62,327 nucleotides of DNA from a virus (taxonomy: Duplodnaviria > Caudoviricetes), in the IMG/VR virus record IMGVR_UViG_3300042542_002992, positions 1 to 62,327 of that record; one strand, written 5' to 3'. The notes below the pieces were generated by a model that saw only the letters and a program-made list of their open reading frames with translations, was not told the DNA's origin and did not search any database. The position numbers were made by a program, and so were the translations under genes. Each line of letters starts with the position of its first letter. Position 1 is the stretch's first letter. This document shows, one piece after another, positions 56,548 to 62,327 of this stretch.

Positions 56548-56901
56548 ATGAAACCCAAAACCATTTTTAGTGACATTGACGGTACTTTGGTTCACCAAGT
56601 ACGATTTGAAGAAATTGACCCTTATAGTAGTGTGGCTTTGCCCGGTGCTGTTGAGAAAATGAACCAATGGTACAACGAAGGTCATCATATTGTGTTAACC
56701 ACCGCTCGACCAGAATATCTACGAAATACCACTGTTCTTGAGATGGCGTTGTTAGGTATCCCATTCCACCAATTGGTCATGGGTATCGGACGAGCTGAAC
56801 GAATCCTAATCAACAATGCTAGTGAGGAACGACCTGAAGAGAAAAGGGCTATCGCTTTTCAAGTAGAAAAAAATGGTGGTCTCGAAAACGTAAATATCTA
56901 A
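56548..56901 (+). CDS. HAD-superfamily phosphatase
   Basis: DIDGTL, LTTAR, R.LINN. Confidence 0.82.
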   Translation: MKPKTIFSDIDGTLVHQVRFEEIDPYSSVALPGAVEKMNQWYNEGHHIVLTTARPEYLRNTTVLEMALLGIPFHQLVMGIGRAERILINNASEERPEEKRAIAFQVEKNGGLENVNI

Positions 56902-56902
56902 T

Positions 56903-57283
56903 ATGTTTAGAATGAAACGATTCATCAAACGTGTACGAAATTTAATTAGATGGGCTCCTATCATTTGGAGAGACCAAGATTGGGATTATTACTATGTTTA
57001 TGAGATTATTGAAACAAAAATCAAACATCAAATTGAACATTTAAAGTATGGTGAAAAGTTTTCGGAGATTGATGATATTAGATATCAAAGAGCTCAAACC
57101 ATATTAAAATTAATCGATAGGGTTCAAAACGAATACTACATAGAATTGCTATTTGAAACAACGTCAACGGGTGACCTTGTTGAAGACCGAAATACAATTG
57201 AATATTACTACAACCAACACGCTAAAGCTAAAAGAGTATTATTCAAAATGTTAGAACATAATATTGAATATTGGTGGTCATGA
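56903..57283 (+). CDS. hypothetical phage protein
   Basis: W.P.IW.D.DWD and C-terminal WW pattern. Confidence 0.7.
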   Translation: MFRMKRFIKRVRNLIRWAPIIWRDQDWDYYYVYEIIETKIKHQIEHLKYGEKFSEIDDIRYQRAQTILKLIDRVQNEYYIELLFETTSTGDLVEDRNTIEYYYNQHAKAKRVLFKMLEHNIEYWWS

Positions 57284-57723
57284 GTAAAGATTCAACCCTA
57301 CCCAAAGTCAGAAACGTAAATAAAGATAAACGTAGACGTAAGAAACATCAGTACAAACCATATGAACCAATTGCTATAAAATGGTTTGGTGTAAAAGAGT
57401 TAGCTTATGTTGAAAAGTTAGAATTCTCTAAAGATGGATATGCTACATATAGAGTTAGGTCTGTTACTACAATTGGATGTATATATTATGACATTGAGTT
57501 AGATGACCCACGAGACCCGTATTGTTATGTATCGTCAACGCTTACAAAAAGTTTAACTGAAGCTGAACGAACTCGTATCCTCAATGAGATTCAGAGGTCT
57601 AAACCAAAGACTCAATATTACGAGAATAAACCTAAAAAACAAACTTTATCTGAATTGGAAAAGGTGTCGTTAAAAAAACAAACAAAACGTCAAAAAGACT
57701 TTGTAAACGGAAATTTTTGGTAA
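57280..57723 (+). CDS. hypothetical basic protein
   Basis: ATGA-coupled ORF ending NFW. Confidence 0.65.
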   Translation: MSKDSTLPKVRNVNKDKRRRKKHQYKPYEPIAIKWFGVKELAYVEKLEFSKDGYATYRVRSVTTIGCIYYDIELDDPRDPYCYVSSTLTKSLTEAERTRILNEIQRSKPKTQYYENKPKKQTLSELEKVSLKKQTKRQKDFVNGNFW

Positions 57724-57744
57724 ACTAAATTAATTATATTTAAC

Positions 57745-57996
57745 ATGAGCATTTCAATTGATATTGACATTGATGACATACTTTGGAATATGTCAGACCG
57801 AGAAAAGCAAGAACTCGTAGATGATTTGTATGAAGATGGGTATCGACCAAAACAAGTCGGTGGGTCATCAGACTCTAATAACATATTAGATGAAGCTTGG
57901 GAAGTAACTTTGTCTAAACTTTCAAAGGGTAGACTTATGCTGACCACGGATGAGGAAGAATTAATTCACAAAATTGCAAATCGATTACCATATTGA
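57745..57996 (+). CDS. acidic hypothetical protein
   Basis: 83 aa, IDIDIDD N-terminus. Confidence 0.65.
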   Translation: MSISIDIDIDDILWNMSDREKQELVDDLYEDGYRPKQVGGSSDSNNILDEAWEVTLSKLSKGRLMLTTDEEELIHKIANRLPY

Positions 57997-58028
57997 TTTG
58001 GATAATTCAAAAATTTGTTGTATATTTG
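57997..58028 (+). promoter_or_regulatory. Bacteroidota-type promoter for groES
   Basis: TTTG(57997)-N20-TATATTTG(58021). Confidence 0.75.
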
Positions 58029-58047
58029 TTAAAAATAAAGGAAAGTT

Positions 58048-58332
58048 ATGAACTATAAACCATTAAACGATTACGTTTTAGTAAAAGTCATCAAAGAAGA
58101 TGAGAAAACAAAGGGTGGATTGTATAGACCCGAATCCGTTAAGGAACAAATGAGAGGTGAAGTTATTTCAGTTGGACCTGGAATTTACACCCAAAATGGA
58201 ACTCTTATTCAAATGACATTGAAGGTTGGGGATGTGATTATTGTACCTAACACCGGAATTCAATTGAAGATTGATGGTGAAAAATACAATCTATATCGTG
58301 AAGGTGAAATCTTAATGGTAGAAGTAAAATGA
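58048..58332 (+). CDS. groES: co-chaperonin GroES
   Basis: KPLND.VLV, KTKGGL, GEVISVGPG, KVGD, RE.EIL. Confidence 0.93.
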   Translation: MNYKPLNDYVLVKVIKEDEKTKGGLYRPESVKEQMRGEVISVGPGIYTQNGTLIQMTLKVGDVIIVPNTGIQLKIDGEKYNLYREGEILMVEVK

Positions 58333-58478
58333 GTATAACAAAACGTTGGTTTGAAGAATTACGTCAAGCGGACATCACGGATGAGTCTGAAGATTATATC
58401 GATGACGCATATCATTATGAATCGTGGTTAAAAGAAAAACAAACCACGGAATTTGAATACGAAAACTACGAAGATTGA
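58329..58478 (+). CDS. 49 aa acidic protein (not in ORF track)
   Basis: ATGA overlap with groES stop and TTGA overlap with next start; 16/49 D+E. Confidence 0.65.
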   Translation: MSITKRWFEELRQADITDESEDYIDDAYHYESWLKEKQTTEFEYENYED

Positions 58479-58819
58479 GAAACCTCATTATAGGAATGAT
58501 ATTAATGCTAATGGGTCAAACATTAGTATGGGTTCAGACAAATGGACAATTTGTTTGGGAATGGTTTAGACGAAATCCCATCACGTTGTCCATTGTGTTT
58601 GGAAGTATACTATCATATCTATTCATCACATCCAGCCGTTACATGGTTCTATATTTTGATGGAGAATTGTGGCCGGTGAGATTTATTGGATTTGGTTTGG
58701 GTATTTTATCATTTACTATAATGACTTACATTTTTATGAATGAAGGAATAACCATGAAAACCATGGTATCTTTGGGGCTTTCCCTTATTATTTTATTAAT
58801 TCAAATCTTATGGAAGTAA
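58475..58819 (+). CDS. 4-TM DMT/SMR-like membrane protein
   Basis: Four hydrophobic helices in 114 aa; F..E.IT.K..V.L.L ending. Confidence 0.6.
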   Translation: MRNLIIGMILMLMGQTLVWVQTNGQFVWEWFRRNPITLSIVFGSILSYLFITSSRYMVLYFDGELWPVRFIGFGLGILSFTIMTYIFMNEGITMKTMVSLGLSLIILLIQILWK

Positions 58820-59064
58820 CAGCAGAACGATACACATCTAACAAAATACTAAACAATCTATTAGTAAATGAATTAAGTAGACACATTCGAATTTTTGAGA
58901 GTGTTAAGTTTTACGCATACATGAATGATAGGATTTTATATGGAATTCCAGCATACTATGACCGAAAAGGATTGTATGACTTGGATAAAAAGCTTAATAA
59001 AAATGGTCTATTGTTGGATAATATAGATTTCGAATTTTTACAAACTATAATCCGAAAATATTAA
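58810..59064 (+). CDS. hypothetical protein
   Basis: 84 aa ORF. Confidence 0.6.
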   Translation: MEVTAERYTSNKILNNLLVNELSRHIRIFESVKFYAYMNDRILYGIPAYYDRKGLYDLDKKLNKNGLLLDNIDFEFLQTIIRKY

Positions 59065-59070
59065 ATCTTG

Positions 59071-59096
59071 TATTTATTATAAATGGAGTTACGATA
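59071..59096 (+). promoter_or_regulatory. late-type TATTTAT motif plus leader, near-duplicate of 24510-24535
   Basis: 24/26 identity with the 24510 element. Confidence 0.55.
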
Positions 59097-59097
59097 A

Positions 59098-59709
59098 ATG
59101 AAAAAAGGTCACAAATTACCTAATGGTTATGTTCTTGGAATGGGCAGAACCCCACTAAACTTTACGGAGGCTCAGATTCGTTATGCGATGAAGAACTCTA
59201 AAAGTAATAGTGGTGCTGCTAGATTCTTGAACATATCATTAACGACCTATGAAAAATATTCAAAATCGTACATAGACGAATCCACCGGTAAAAATCTTTG
59301 GGATTTACATAAAAATCAAAAAGGTGAGGGTGTAAAAAAACCATATAACATAGACAAAGGTAGATACGCACTCCAAGATATTTTGGATGGTAAATACCCC
59401 GACTATTCAGTACATCTCTTAAAAAAGAGACTAATCAACAACGCTGATAAATTGGAAGACTTTCCACATGGGTGTCACAATTGTGGATACAATGAAAAAA
59501 GATTGTCTGACAATACAATTCCATTGGTGTTGGACCACATGGATGATGACTGGCACAATCATACACGAGAGAATTTAAGATTCTTGTGTTACAATTGCTT
59601 CCATAATCTCCGTGGAAATCTCCGTGGTAAACAGCCCGAGTGGAGAGCCGAACAAATAACAATCGCAAAAGAACAAAGTAAGTATAACAAAAACAAAAAG
59701 GAAGAATAA
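59098..59709 (+). CDS. HTH + HNH endonuclease-like protein
   Basis: AARFLNIS..TY HTH; CHNC...LDH.D....N...ENLRFLCYNC. Confidence 0.75.
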   Translation: MKKGHKLPNGYVLGMGRTPLNFTEAQIRYAMKNSKSNSGAARFLNISLTTYEKYSKSYIDESTGKNLWDLHKNQKGEGVKKPYNIDKGRYALQDILDGKYPDYSVHLLKKRLINNADKLEDFPHGCHNCGYNEKRLSDNTIPLVLDHMDDDWHNHTRENLRFLCYNCFHNLRGNLRGKQPEWRAEQITIAKEQSKYNKNKKEE

Positions 59710-61980
<2,271 letters not shown>

Positions 61981-61984
<4 letters not shown>

Positions 61985-62327
61985 ACAGATTAGACCACCA
62001 ATATCAAATGATGCTTTGGTCTCTTTTACAAAGCAAAACCGAGAAATCCGATAGGACTGGAACTGGAACTTTATCTAAATTTGGTATGCAAATTCGGCAT
62101 AATATGAAAGATGGGTTTCCGTTGTTAACAACCAAGAAAATGGCATTCAAAACCATGGTAACCGAGTTGTTATGGTTTCTTCGTGGTGATACAAACATCA
62201 AGTTCCTTGTTGAAAATGGATGTCATATTTGGGATGGAGATTGTTATAAAGCGTATATTAAAAGATATAATAAAGGTGAATATGTTGGTAAAACCAAATT
62301 ATTAGAAAATTCTAAGAAAAATAGAAC
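61981..62327 (+). CDS. thyA: thymidylate synthase, 3'-truncated by window edge (not in ORF track)
   Basis: [31 protein letters not shown]...IW. Confidence 0.93.

Overview
A 62 kb slice of a large T4-like (probably jumbo) lytic phage genome. It is AT-rich, uses the standard genetic code, and every credible gene is on the + strand. The host is very likely Bacteroidota: there are 12 TTG-N19/20-TAnnTT(TG)-type promoters, signal peptides followed by Gln, and a T9SS sorting domain. Gene order: (1) replication and recombination core (SSB, UvsX/RecA, RNase H, helicase, class Ia RNR, PolB, clamp, clamp loader), interleaved with three Mom-like GNAT proteins, a DruA/DUF4338-like protein, a GT-B glycosyltransferase and two MazG-fold pyrophosphatases, together a candidate replisome-coupled DNA-modification system; (2) a 14 kb glycan island with an aldolase-KdsB fusion and GT29/Maf-type transferases, a candidate self-contained ulosonic-acid glycosylation pathway; (3) a lysis cassette; (4) a 7-gene envelope operon encoding a T9SS-CTD cohesin/dockerin protein, a CsgG-like lipoprotein, a beta-barrel protein and a nested C-type lectin/LamG/dockerin protein, which is the best candidate for an undescribed system; (5) head-packaged proteins with prohead-protease-like L/I-x-E sites; (6) ClpS, GroES/GroEL, a J-domain protein and a truncated thyA. 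All family calls come from motif recognition by eye; no database search was run.
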